Assembly (NCBI RefSeq): GCF_018350175.1
Contig: NC_058368.1
Coordinates: forward strand, 44,704,001 to 44,768,000
Direction of reading: 5' to 3'
DNA from: Felis catus
Taxonomy: Eukaryota
Length of the DNA: 64,000 nucleotides
A program made the translations under genes and the position numbers. Shown piece by piece: positions 1-11,797 of this stretch. Position 1 is the stretch's first letter, and the number at the start of each line of letters is the position of its first letter. The notes under the pieces were generated by a model, which saw only the letters and a program-made list of their open reading frames with translations, ran no database searches and had not been told where the DNA came from.

Positions 1-780
1 CAATTAAAAATGGGCAGAGGACATGACACTTTTTCAAAGAAGACCTACAGATGGCCAATAGACATGAAAATATGCTCAATATCACTCATCCTCAGGGAAA
101 TGCAAATCAAAACCACAATGAGATATTACCTCACACCTGCCAGCCTGGCTAAAATCAAACACAAGAAACAAGTGTCAGTGAGGATGTGGAGAAAAATAGA
201 ACTACTGTATGATCCAGTAATCACACTAGTGGGTATTTACCCAAAGAATACAAAAATACTAAATCGGAAGGATATATGCATACCTATGTTACTGCAGCAT
301 TATTTACCACAGCCAAATTATGGAAGCAGCCCAGGTGTCCATCAATGGATGAAAGAATAAATAAGATATGGTACACATACACAATGGAATATTATTCATC
401 CATAAAAAGAATGAAATGTTACCATTTGCAGCAACATGGATGGGGCTATAGAGTATAATGCCAAGCTAAATAAGCCAGTTAGAGAAGGACAAATGCCATA
501 TGATTTCACTCACGTGTGGAATTCAAGGAAAAAAAAAAGGAAAAATTAAAACAAGAATCAAACAAAACAAAACAAAGCAAAACAGACTCTTAACTATAGA
601 GAACAAATAGATGGTTACCAGAGTGGAGGTGGGTGGGAGATGGGTGAAATAGGTGATGGGGATTAAAAGTACACTTATCTCAATGAGCACTCAGTAATAT
701 ATAGAATCGTTGAGTTACTATATTGCACACCTGTAACTAATAGAACACTATAAGTTAACTATGCTGGAATTAAAAAAAAA
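1..780 (+). mobile_element. L1 (LINE-1) 3' end, carnivore-type: ORF2 C-terminus, 3'UTR and poly(A)
   Basis: ORF-track peptides REMQIKTTMRYYLTP and WKQPRCPS..IWYTYTMEYYS are L1 ORF2 C-terminal motifs; typical 3'UTR; A-tail at ~771-780; frameshifted, with an internal deletion near 195. Confidence 0.93.
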
Positions 781-958
781 TAATGAAATTGTGTATACGT
801 GTGTATGGGGGGAGGGTTGGATAAAGAGACAAACAGAAAGAGATTTAGAAAGTAGAATTTACCCTTCCTTAAATTATGCAGTTTTTACAATCACTTAAAT
901 TAGGCATCACTGTAATTCACATTATTTCTCTCACTGTAACTGTGACCTTAGATCTTAC

Positions 959-1171
959 CTTTCTACATAATCTAGTAACCTGGAACAGTGATTTGAAGCA
1001 GGAGCGTCATGACCTCCTACTGCATAGAGAAAACCATCACACGTGGCCACTCCAACACCTCCTCTCCTCTTACACATTGGAGCACACATGTTCCACTTAT
1101 TTGTATGAGGATCATAGTATTCCATTGAACTCAAACAGGAACTTCCATCACGACCTCCAACTGAATATAAC
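959..1171 (-). CDS. KLHL1: KLHL1 internal coding exon (kelch repeats; probably orthologous to human exon 9), 213 nt, phase 2/2
   Basis: Minus strand reads tgtgtttttag|G TTA TAT TCA...GTA GAA AG|gtaagat. Translation (K)[70 protein letters not shown](R) has kelch GG..Y..W motifs and matches KLHL1 as I recall it. Confidence 0.96.
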
Positions 1172-1282
1172 CTAAAAACACAATCAAAAAAACAAGATTT
1201 AATCTTATGGTCTGAATGACAAAATATGAAAAAGGAGAAGATCTTTAAAAATATATTTTCTATCACCATATGAGTCCCAAAT

Positions 1283-1468
1283 GTTTTTTTTTAATGTTTA
1301 CTTATTTTTGCTCACATGCATGCAAGAGAGAGGCAGACAGAGGATCTGAAGCGGGCTCTGTGCTGACAGCAGAGAGCCCAATGTGGGACTCGAACAGTGA
1401 ACCAGGAAATCATGACCTGAGCCAAAGTCAGACGTTTAACCAACTGAGCCACCCAGGCTCAGCCACCC
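1283..1468 (-). mobile_element. CAN-SINE (SINEC)
   Basis: Poly-T, (GA) tract, catgacctgagccaaagtc...ctgagccacccagg (reverse of the SINE head). Confidence 0.88.
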
Positions 1469-4156
1469 TCAAATGTGTTTTAATAAGATTAGATGTTATG
1501 GAATTTTTGCTTTAGTCAGGGGACATTATAATTAATATAATGGGAAATAGAAACTGAAAAATACAGTATTAAGTTTAAGTAAATATGCAGGAAGACACTA
1601 TTGTCTAGTATATAAAATCATTCAGGTCTTGGATTTGCAAATGCATGCTCTAATATTCTTTAGTAACTCTAGAAAATGATGTTTAAACTGATTTCATATC
1701 CTAGATACATATTTTTTAAAAAGCTGTTTTATGTTTCTCTTAATGTTGAGCATGATAAAATGTAACTGACTGCCCAAGTGTGCCCTTTATGGCTGTAGGC
1801 CTCTTTGCTTGATTACTCATGGTTGTCTGCTAGGTCTCAGTCTTCAGTGTGTTGAAATTAACCAACAGGAACATTTTAAAGGACAAGTGTTGGACAATTT
1901 AACTCGCAGAAACACCCAGAAGCGAAATATTCACTAAGAAGTTTTTCTCATTCTAAATACTTTATGAAATCTGAACTTCATTTATTTCTATGAACATCTA
2001 ACTCAAAAGAAGTATGCTCTAATCATGAGATATTATTAAAATTTAAAATTAAAATTATTAAAATTTAAATATTTGTCATTTAAATTATTAAAATTTAGAT
2101 ATTATTTAAAATTTTGCAGAAATTTTACTTATTGAGTAAGTATCTCCATACAAGGCATCTTGCACAATCCCTGGTACAGAATTTATATATAAGAAAAGTA
2201 TCCCCCATTTTTTCTATTGTTTTAAAGGAATTGTTGACTTCAAGCTACTCCTTTATTTATACACATTACACTGACAAATTATAGTATTGATTTAGCTGAA
2301 CCCAGCATTGCTAATACAGTATTTATGTGGAAGAATGTATCACATATTTTCTTTTTCTGTAATTATTTAAAATACTAACCTACAAATACATAGTTAAATG
2401 TATATAGAAACTAATGATAATTAAGCATATTGCTTACATTACAGAATTCAAATATTGAGCTTGGGAGTATAGCCTTTTATTTGGAAATTAAATAGTCCTG
2501 CAAAGTCCACAAGTTACAACATCAATGACTTCTTTAATGTAATTATGTATACTTCAAACACTATTTATTCAGTCTCTTTCTTCTGTGTGAACCCTCCCTT
2601 AGTAAAATCCAGTAACACAGGGATTACACAAAAAAGAAATTTATGTAATGCCTTAATGAAAATGACATAATATTTGACAGTCCCTTTTGTAACATAAATG
2701 TTTGATGTATAGTAGCTATTATTTTATAAATTACCTACTGCAGCCTAGGCTATGTTATCATGGTTTCTTTCATTTGGTACATGTCACTCATAATGTTTTT
2801 CTATATAGATTTTATGGTATTATATAGTCCACAGGTGAACAATGAAATTACTATAATTTCAGTATAATATATTGATTAATACAAAGGCAAAATTACTTGA
2901 TAAGAGTAAATGCACTGAATTTTTCCTCAAAAATGAACTTTGAAAAAGAAATGAGGAAACTGTCATTTGTGTAAAAGATAATAGTGTCATTCTGGACTGC
3001 TTTATGAATTCCTAGTTAAAACTAATGATGTATTTTAATACTTGAAAGATTTTGAAAATTATGTACTTTACAAATATATGCTATCAAACAACATCTCTAA
3101 CCCACTTATTTTGAAACATAAATTTGCTAAGTGGCTAAGAATTAAATGGAAAAATAAGTAACAATAATAACTATTACTGTAAGTATTGTTAAAGTTATAA
3201 AAATAACCAACAGATAGAAACAGTATACTCTCAAGCAGTTAGAAAAAAGGCTATAATGTATACACATAACTACATGGACGATTATCTTCTCAGATCTGCC
3301 CTCACAAGCTATTTAGTCATAACTTAGGTTGATTCCCTGCTTTGTTTCACTCCAATGACAAATTAGATGCTGAGAATCTGAAGAGCAGAGAAGAATCTGA
3401 TGCTAGAAGTAAATGCACTGACATGATAGGAAGTGGCAGCTGACAGTTTCACAGAGAGAAAGGAAACGTGACATTTTAACTTAGAAGTGAAAGAGGAGTA
3501 GAAATTTGTACGATGAAGAAATGGGGGGAAAGCACTACATGCAGGGAAAGCATTATGCATAAAGACAAGAGGCATGAAAGGTCACAGCAGGTGATAAATA
3601 AAGAGTGGCAGGTATGTCACATTGACGGAAGGGGTGGCTGGGAAGGAGGGGACGAAGAAGTGCAGCTGGTGAGAATAAAGGGCTTGTATGGTATGCTGCT
3701 GCACTGGGATTCCACTCGTATGCAATGAGAAAAGCACAGAGAAATAACATTCTTAGGCATCATCAGGTTCCTAGTTCAGTTTGCTGTGACTATTGACCGA
3801 TGTATCCCTTGCATGTCAAAAATTGGCAGGAGATCAAAAATATCCCTGATGTGAGTAAACTTTTCTGAATTTTGCAGAGAATGGCAAGAATCTGAGTCTT
3901 CCCACACTACTTTCCCTAACTTAGGTGTTTATTCAGCACACCGATGAGTTTAACCTCAAGTCTAGCTACCAGGTCTCAGTGTTTAAAGACCTAATTTCCA
4001 GGTGCCCATCTGAGCAAGTGCCGCATATTTAAAATTGTAGTAAATAAAATATAGCAGTTTCAGGAAACAAATCCTGTATTTGGATATGGGTTAAAACGTG
4101 TTGAGACCCAGGCTGTTTCCCACTTGAAAGCATATCATCTGTAGAGTATGACCTTT

Positions 4157-4660
4157 TGTCAAGAACTGTGAGTAATCTGAAATTGTTTTACTACTTGAAA
4201 TCTAACAAATTAGCCTATCTTAGCTTCATAGATGCTGGAAGAAGACACAAGACTCCTAGGTCAGAGGAAAAAAATGCTACTATTCACAGCACAATAAGCA
4301 ACATGAGCTTCATGTTTACGTTGGGTCTTGTCCCCTGCCAAGTCGCAATGGGTAGATAAGAGACTCAAGTAAATACTGCACATGCAGCGGGGCTTGGCCT
4401 TTCTCACATCTGAGGAACATTAAGTTTAGGAAATGCTAATTCATTAAAGAAAGCTGCCAAACAAACCTGCCAAGCTTTGCTGTGAAAGGAGCCATTATCT
4501 TTATTATTCTGGCCAAGGAATGAATCTGCTCTCTGCTCCAAAGAAAGACAGTGGTTCTATCTTCCATAGCTGTTTGATTTACAAATATCCTTGCAAGACA
4601 GTGTGGAAAAACAATTGCCAGCACTTCTTACTTGGGAAATGTACAGTAATGCTAAAATCC
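4157..4660 (-). mobile_element. ERV1-class solo LTR (MER34/MER39-like)
   Basis: Starts tgtcaagaactgtga...gctggaagaagacacaagactcct, a recalled ERV1 LTR terminus; homologous to the segment at ~21685. Confidence 0.6.
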
Positions 4661-4790
4661 CATTGTAGAGCTCTCTGCAAACTCTCTTGTGCTGATTGCC
4701 TGAGGTAGCCCCTGCTATCACAACCACAGTTCAAACATCAGGACAAAGAAAAAAGTAGGAGTGCACCCTCCCCCTTTAAGAATCTATCTT

Positions 4791-5663
4791 CTGTTTTGTT
4801 TCTTTAGATTCCACATGTTAATAAACAAACAAAAAGAGGAGTCAGACCTATAAATACAGAGAATAGAGGTGTTTGGGTGGCTCAGCCGGTGGAGCATTCG
4901 AATCTTAATTTTGGTTTAGATCATGATCCCAGGGTCTTGGGATTGAGCCCCTTGTCAAGTTTCATGATGAGCATGGTGCCTGCTTAAGATTTTATTTCTG
5001 GGGCACCTGTGTGGCTTAATAGGTTAAGCGTTTGACTTTCGCTCAGGTCGTGATCTCGCGGTGCATGGGTTGGAGCCCCATATTGGGCTCTGCTGGCAAC
5101 GTGGAGCCTGGAGCCTTCTTCAGATTCTGTGTCTCCCTCTCTCTCTGCCCCTCCCCCACTTGCATTATGTCTCTGTCTCTCAAAAATAAATGTTAAAAGT
5201 TAAAAAATATATTTTTATATATTTTATATTTATATAAATATATATTTATATTTATTTATATATTATATATATATTTTATATATATATTGTTTCTCTCTCC
5301 CTCTGCCCCTCTCCCTCTCTCTCTCTCTCTCTCTAAAATAAAAAAAATAAATACATTTAAAAAGTAAATAACTACAGAGAACAAACTGAAGGTTGTTAGA
5401 GGGAAAGGGGTGGGAGTGGGCAAAACTGGTGAAGGCAAAGGGGAGACACAGGCTTCCAGTCATGGAACAAGTCATGGGAATAAAAGGCACAAAATAGAGA
5501 ATATAGTCAATGATATTATAATAGTGCTGTAAGGAAGGTGACAGATGGTAGTTATAACATAACTATGTGAGCATAACATGAGATATAGAGAAGTTAAATC
5601 ATTATCTTATATGCCAGAAACTACCGTAACAATGTACATCAAAAGTACTCAAAATAAATAAAA
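4791..5663 (+). mobile_element. 5'-inverted, truncated L1 3'UTR carrying two nested CAN-SINEs (~4866-5360 and ~4999-5200)
   Basis: Inverted ~28 nt piece at 4791-4818, then sense 3'UTR; degenerate TSD tttaagaatctatctt (4775-4790) / tttaataatccatctt (5664-5679); SINE heads at ~4868 and ~4999. Confidence 0.8.
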
Positions 5664-5679
5664 TTTAATAATCCATCTT

Positions 5680-5800
5680 TTATTTTATTTTTTGCTTATT
5701 TATTTTATTTTATGTAATTTATTGTCACGTTAGCTAACATACAGTGTATACAGTGTGCTCTTGGCTTTGGGAGTAGATAACAGTGATTCATCACTTATGC
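5680..5800 (-). mobile_element. Short L1 3' terminal fragment
   Basis: T-rich tail followed by ttagctaacatacagtgtatacagtgtgctcttggctttgggagtaga, resembling the carnivore L1 extreme 3' end. Confidence 0.7.
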
Positions 5801-6184
5801 TAGAAAGTCTTTCCTGATCTCATGTTGTCTTTTTCCAAGAAAATTAACATTGTATAAACTGTATCCTGGGTAAAATTATTTAATTAACTTTATACATTGC
5901 TAATAGTTCATACTTTACAATATAGAGTATATTATTATAATTTTTAATAGTCATACTTTATCCATAGTGCATACTTTGGGATGACTGTAACCAAACCCGA
6001 GTTCATCTGCCTGATGAGTAGCAAAGACCATCACTGAAACATGGAGTGTGCAACAAAGGGAGGGTATATTCCAGAGGCAACCAAATGAGACAGAAGGGCA
6101 AGCCTCAAAACTGCCCTTCTGAAAGAGTAGAGTAGGGGAAATCTAAAGTCAAATGGAAAATAGCTGGTGAAACTTTGCCACTGA

Positions 6185-6355
6185 GGGGCACCTGGGTGGC
6201 TCAGTCAGGTAAGTGTACGACTTTTGATTTTGACTCAGGTCATGATCTCATGGTTTGTGGGATCAAGCCAAGTGTCAATCTTTGTGCTGACAATGTGGAG
6301 CCTGCTTGGGATTCTCTCCCTCTCTACCCTCTGCCTACAAAATAAATAAATAAAC
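6185..6355 (+). mobile_element. CAN-SINE inserted in the ERV 3' LTR
   Basis: ggggcacctgggtggctcagtc head, CT tract, aataaataaa tail; LTR homology resumes after it. Confidence 0.9.
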
Positions 6356-6779
6356 TTGGGGGAAAAAATGAAAAAAATTGCAGCTGAGAGTAGCCCTGTT
6401 AACTTTTTGGTTACTAGTTTCCATCCCCACTGTCTTTTGATCATTGCTCATTCTTGAGGGAATTGGGATGATGACCTCTCTATTTACTTTTGGCTGGAAT
6501 GGGGGAAGATTGGGATTAGAGGAATGGAGCATTTAGTTCCAGGTTGAAACCCAACATTTTGCATTACCAAAGTTTTTGTACTTTGGTTATCACTCTGTTT
6601 TATCTAGGACCTTAGGGGAGATTTGTTGTAAACAAGTAGCTTGTTGTACTTATTGACTGATATCTTCAAACCAGTTCTCCTAAATAGCAGTTTTAGGTCC
6701 ATCAGAGACTTGCTAGACCAAGCAGGCTATTTCAAAGTTCTCCTTACTGACTGTGTGTAGGGAACCTGTGGATTCTTGT

Positions 6780-7494
6780 CATGCATGTATGATGAATCAT
6801 GGCTTAATTCCCTTAAGTTTCACTGAAGAATGGGTGGTAAAAAGCACTTCATAAGATCCTGTCCAACAAGGTTGGAGCTGTTACTCTAGGTGCTCGGTTT
6901 TCTACGTCTTTAATAACAGCAAGTCTCCAGAATTTGGGAGGTGTAGGGTATAACGGTGGGGTACATCAACCTGCTGTGTTGAATGTACCTGATAATATCC
7001 AATTTCCTAATGTAAGCCTCATCAGGGACTTCTAAATCATGGAAGAATGTAGGAAGAGTCTTCACATTTCACAGGGGCTTAATCCCTGCCTACTTCTAGG
7101 GGCCACTCTTACCTAAGGGTTTTTTCCCCCCATGTTAAGTTGGTTTCTTGGCATATCTTTGCCAAAGTTCTTTTTTTTTTTTTTTTTAGTTGGGTGGAGT
7201 CCAGGAAATGTGTAATTTCCATTCAATGACCAAGGCATTGAACACTGCTTATGTGACTTTTGCCACAAATGCAGGTCCATTGTTGCTCCAAATTGTTAGT
7301 GGCAATCCAAACCTAAGAATGATTTTGCTTGCAACTGTTTTGACAACTTCTGAGGCCTTTTCTGAAGGTCATGGAAAGGCTACAATCCAGCTTGTAAAAG
7401 GGTCTACAAATACTAGTAAATATTGAAAATTACCTATTGTTTCTGGCATCATGGTAAAGTCTACTTACCAGTCTTCTCCAGGTCCAGTGCCTCT
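6780..7494 (-). pseudogene. ERV pol integrase remnant (core and C-terminal GPY/F-like region), with stops
   Basis: Minus translation RGTGPGEDW*VDFTMMPETIGNFQYLLVFVDPFTSWIVAFP*PSEKASEVVKTVASKIILRFGLPLTIWSNNGPAFVAKVT*AVFNALVIEWKLH, and downstream QLQPCWTGSYEVLFTTHSSVKLKG. Confidence 0.9.
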
Positions 7495-7510
7495 AAGTTG
7501 TATACCTTTT

Positions 7511-7710
7511 AATGTTTATTTTTGAGACAGAGAGAGACAGAGCATGAACAGGGGTGGAACAGAGAGAGAGGGCAACACAGAATCCAAAGCAGGCTCCAGG
7601 CTCTGAGCTGTCAGCACAGAGCCTGACTTGGGGCTCAAACCCACAGACCGTGAGATCATAACCTGAGCCGAAGTTGGACACTTAACCGACTGAGCCACCC
7701 AGGCACCTCG
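7511..7710 (-). mobile_element. CAN-SINE in ERV pol, with TSD
   Basis: TSD aagttgtatacctttt (7495-7510) / aagttgtacacctttt (7711-7726). Confidence 0.93.
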
Positions 7711-7733
7711 AAGTTGTACACCTTTTAGAATGG

Positions 7734-7875
7734 GAAGAGCCCAGCCTTAGGATTGTTTTTATTACAGTGTCACATTTTTCCATATTTCTCTGAAGACTGG
7801 GACCGAAGAGCCCAGCCTTAGGATTGTTTTTATTACAGTGTCACATTTTTCCATAGTTCTCTGAAGACTGGGACC
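7734..7875. repeat. Tandem duplication, 2 x 71 bp
   Basis: 7734-7804 and 7805-7875 differ at one position (catattt vs catagtt). Confidence 0.95.
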
Positions 7876-8224
7876 AACAATACACTTCCGGATCCACTGA
7901 AGAGTGGTATTTCGCCTTTATTGGATGCCTTGGGGAATATGGTTAATCATTTCTTCCATACAGTGTTCTGGGATAAGGATTCAATATATTTCCATCTGTT
8001 TTTAATGCCAGCATGGTGTCCAAATCCCCATTCCTTAGCTCTTTTGAGGTCTCCAAGGAATATTGGGGTTTTTATTTAGTTACGTCTATGTCTAGTAATA
8101 AAGCCATTATAGAGTCTTTGGGGTTTTTGTATGGACTGCCAACCTGGCATCTTAATCTTCCCAACTGTGCCCTTGGGTTCTTGTACAGTATAATTTCTGG
8201 TGCCCTCAACAGTGGACAATAACT

Positions 8225-8345
8225 GATGGGTTACCACTGCATCCAGCTCTTCCTCGTCTTTGATCCATGAAACTGTCTGTCCATAAACATCTCAGTGTCT
8301 GGATTTCCCAATGGCAGATGCATCAAATTGGGATGGCCAGAATAA
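8225..8345 (-). pseudogene. ERV pol RNase H N-terminal remnant
   Basis: Minus translation SGHPNLMHLPLGNPDTEMFMD../FMDQRRGRAG..VV resembles the gammaretroviral RPDL.D.PL..PD..W.TDGSS...G.R.AG.AV motif. Confidence 0.65.
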
Positions 8346-8877
8346 ACCTATTGAATTATCTGTGTGTCTCTGGTGATCTTTCTGAGCGGCCTATATAGGA
8401 ACAGCCATTAAGATCATCTAAACATGGACCGTGTGGCAATTTTTCTCTGAAGTTTACCTCAAGTTGTCTAGTTTCAGTTTTCAGGGCTTCAGGAAAAAAT
8501 AGTCGTTTTAGTTCTTGGTGATTCCAAGTCAAGAGAATGGGGAAAAAAAATGGAAACTTCTGTTGGGAGAGTCTTGCCAGATATTTGAGAAAACAGAATA
8601 ATTCAGGATCTCGTCCAGTTTTTAGGCAAACAACAAATATTCAAAGACAATTAATCAGAGCTAGAATCTAACATCCACAAAGGCATATTACTGAAACAGA
8701 ATATCTCTCTAAAATCACCCTCATTTCCAAAGATAGCCAAATTAAGACTAATTTGTAAAATAAGTCCAATTTTAACAAACTTGGGTTCATTATTTACATA
8801 AGCACAACAAGAATAGTGATTGGCCAATATAGGTTTATTTTCTTTTCTTTTTTTTAAAATCTACTTTTCTGGAATTT

Positions 8878-8946
8878 TTTCTTTAGTTTTGCTTGTTTAT
8901 TCTTTTGAGAGAGAGAGAGCATGTGAGCAAGGAAGGGGCAGAGAGA

Positions 8947-8978
<32 letters not shown>

Positions 8979-9097
8979 ATCCCAGGCAGGCTCTAAATTG
9001 TCAGTGCAGAGCCCAACACAGAGCCCAGCCCACAAACTGTGAGATCCTGACCTGAGCCAAAGTCATATGCTTAACCAAGTGAGCCACCCAGGTGCCT
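8878..9097 (-). mobile_element. CAN-SINE
   Basis: (GA)n tract, gagccacccaggtgcc end, degenerate TSD ttctggaattttt / tgctggaaatttt. Confidence 0.9.
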
Positions 9098-10059
9098 TTT
9101 GCTGGAAATTTTCATAAGGAATTTCAGATTGAATTTTTAAGTTTCTCAAGGCTAAGAGAATACTTGCTATCAGGCTTTGCCTGCAATGCCTGCAGATCTG
9201 GATGAATTCCTCTCATCTATAAGTCCCCCAAATATCCTGAAGTTTCTGCACCTACCAGGAAGTAACTTCTTTACTGCCCTGGTATGACTCCTGGAATCTT
9301 ATAAACAAGGTTTTAGGATTTTTCCAAGGGGCTTCATTGGCTGCACAAAGCCAACCTTGGCTCTTTGAAACTACATGGTCATATCTGAGTCTATGATTGG
9401 CTCCCTCAAATACGACTGTCCAGCCAAAGCCTCAGTCAAATGAGTGTTTCCAACAGTGTCTTGTCACAAGGAGACCAGATTCTTACTGAACTCCTGCAAA
9501 TAAATACGTTATCATGGAAATATTAGAATACTCACTGAGAATTTTTGATTTCTGGAAGGATTGTAAGGAGAAAAAGATAAATGTTTCATATTTGTTTACA
9601 AAGAAATATTTTATCAAATTTCTGTAAGTCATAGATAGCCTTAAGTCTGGAAGAGAAAACTTTAGAGAAAGAAGAGTCTCTTTGGATGCAGCTTTCCCAT
9701 TACTTCTAGAAATTCTTAGTTGAGTTTTATGACCTTAAAGATATCAGAGACTTGTATTTGTCATTATGGTGAAATTGACAAGAAAATTCTGTGACATACA
9801 ACACTTTAATAATTAGAATTACACTTGATGACATTTACACCAGAATGTATCAAAACCTTAGGGATTTTGTTTAATTTCTAGAATAGTTATAACATTCAAC
9901 TATATAATACAACTTAAGAAGATTTATCATCACTTATCTGACAATGCTTTCTGTGTAATTTGACATACCAAAGAAATAAGCCTAATTAGTCAAAAATACA
10001 TTATATTCCAACAAGATGAATTTTTTTTAAAAAATGTATGCAGTTCCTCCTTTATTCCT

Positions 10060-10512
10060 CCCTGTCATCTCCCATGTTGATATATACTTATTGAGACAAG
10101 GACATCCAGGGCACTGCATGGATCTGAGTTCTTGCGCTAGATGCTGTGATGTGCTGACTAGAATCTCTATCAGGAATGAAGGACTCTCAGCTATAGGAAG
10201 GCTGCCAAGAGTCCTCAGCTCTCAGAGGCCATCAGGGATCGCCTTGACTGAAGACAGCTGCCTTGCCAAGGGCATGCCCTCTGTCCAGGTGGTCACATCC
10301 TATGACTGTCATAAAAGCCCAGCCCTTTTGCCTAAATTTAGAATAGTTATGAAGGGTAATTCAACTTTTGGAACTCCTCAGAGAATTAGTTAAGGTTTCT
10401 GTTGATATTGTATCACTGCTCAGCTTCTGCCTAATCTTGCTGAGTATGCTTCCTTCTCTTCCCTAATAAACTACCTTACCTACTAATCTCCATAATCTTA
10501 GTCAGTCTGAAC
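10060..10512 (+). mobile_element. LTR16-like (ERVL) LTR inside the ERV1 internal region
   Basis: GC-richer block ending cagcttctgcctaatcttgc...ccctaataaactacc...ctaatctcca, resembling the recalled LTR16 3' half with AATAAA. Confidence 0.5.
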
Positions 10513-11779
10513 CACATACAAAATTCCTTTCCAAAGATCCCCTTCTCATAAACCTTCTACAGCTGTCGTTTTTACATTCAGAGTTTGTCCTAAGTTTCCC
10601 CTTTATAAATACCCAGTCTCATTTCCCTTGCATACAGAGTTGTTTCCCTTATTATTTCCAGTAGTCTTAATTACATGTATTAAAATTATTTATATCTATT
10701 TTTATTTTTAGATTACCCATAAAACTTCATGAGGCATTGGACAAAGTCCAGTTGTTTTTTTTTTTCTTTTCTGATGAATTTTTCAATGGAGATAAGTTGA
10801 ACTTATTTGACATTCAATAAGCACAGAAAGAATAAAAATTTCATACATAATTCTGATCATTCTGAAGACATGTCCATTTTTAATTAAAACAACGTTAAAT
10901 TATCTTTAACTGAATTATTTTCCCATATCATGTGAACTTGCAAAACAATTGGGTTAGTTTCTATATTTCTGAGTCTTAGAATGCCCAATTTTTATAAGTG
11001 TTTACCTTTAAACTGACTAAATAGAGCTCTTTTGCAAATTAATTTTAGCAATACAATCCAGAAGTACAGAAAATATCACATTTACAACATATGTGGAGAC
11101 ACCTAAAATATAAAAACAAGATAACAAAAAACATGTTAAAGGCCTAATTTCCAAATATCTCTCTTTACAACACAAATCTAATTGCAAGATGGTATTACAA
11201 TTTATGGATCCATTAATTGGCCATTTTTATCTGGAGTCTAACAAATATTGTGTCCAAGCAGTATTGCACAAAAAAAAGATTGCCAAGTTTTAAAGAATAC
11301 AGCCCAAAGGGCCACATGCAGGGGTCAAACTATCATTTCCCATTCTCCAATGAGAACAAAGTTGTTTTTTACTATAAGCTGCATCAATAACCAAACCAAA
11401 TTAAGTCCAGAGTAACTCTGTGAGCACTGGTTCCTCCCTAAAAGTCAGAACGTCACCTACTGAACTAAATGGCTTCCTAGTCATCCTTTTCTTAATCAAG
11501 AAAAAGAGGCCAAAAGAACACAACCCCATATTTGGAGGTAACCGAATGGGTGGAAGAATGTAAACCAAACCAAACTGGAGAAGACTAAGCTCGTCTGTGG
11601 TTGCACACAAAATACTCACCATGAGATGTCTGTCCAAACTGAAATCAAAAACCATTTCCTTGCCATAGTAGGAGTGGGGCCCCAGGGATGCTCTCTAGGA
11701 CAAAGAGTCCCAGCTGCTGCATGGACTCATCACCTAACGCCTGCTAGCAGCTGGGGACCTACAAACCAAGGGCGAAGAG

Positions 11780-11797
11780 CTTCTGCCTGGCTCACCA
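11780..11797 (-). promoter_or_regulatory. Retroviral primer-binding site, tRNA-Arg type
   Basis: TGGTGAGCCAGGCAGAAG lies 4 nt inside the LTR end and matches TGGCGAGCCAGCCAGGAG (complement of the tRNA-Arg(ACG) 3' end) at 15/18. Confidence 0.75.

Noticed and set aside
1172..1269. N-terminal part of ORF 955..1269 (MVIENIF...)
   Set aside because: It is intronic read-through upstream of the AG acceptor; only 959-1171 is coding.
2030..2115. Repeated attattaaaattt units
   Set aside because: AT-rich low-complexity slippage repeat with no further structure.
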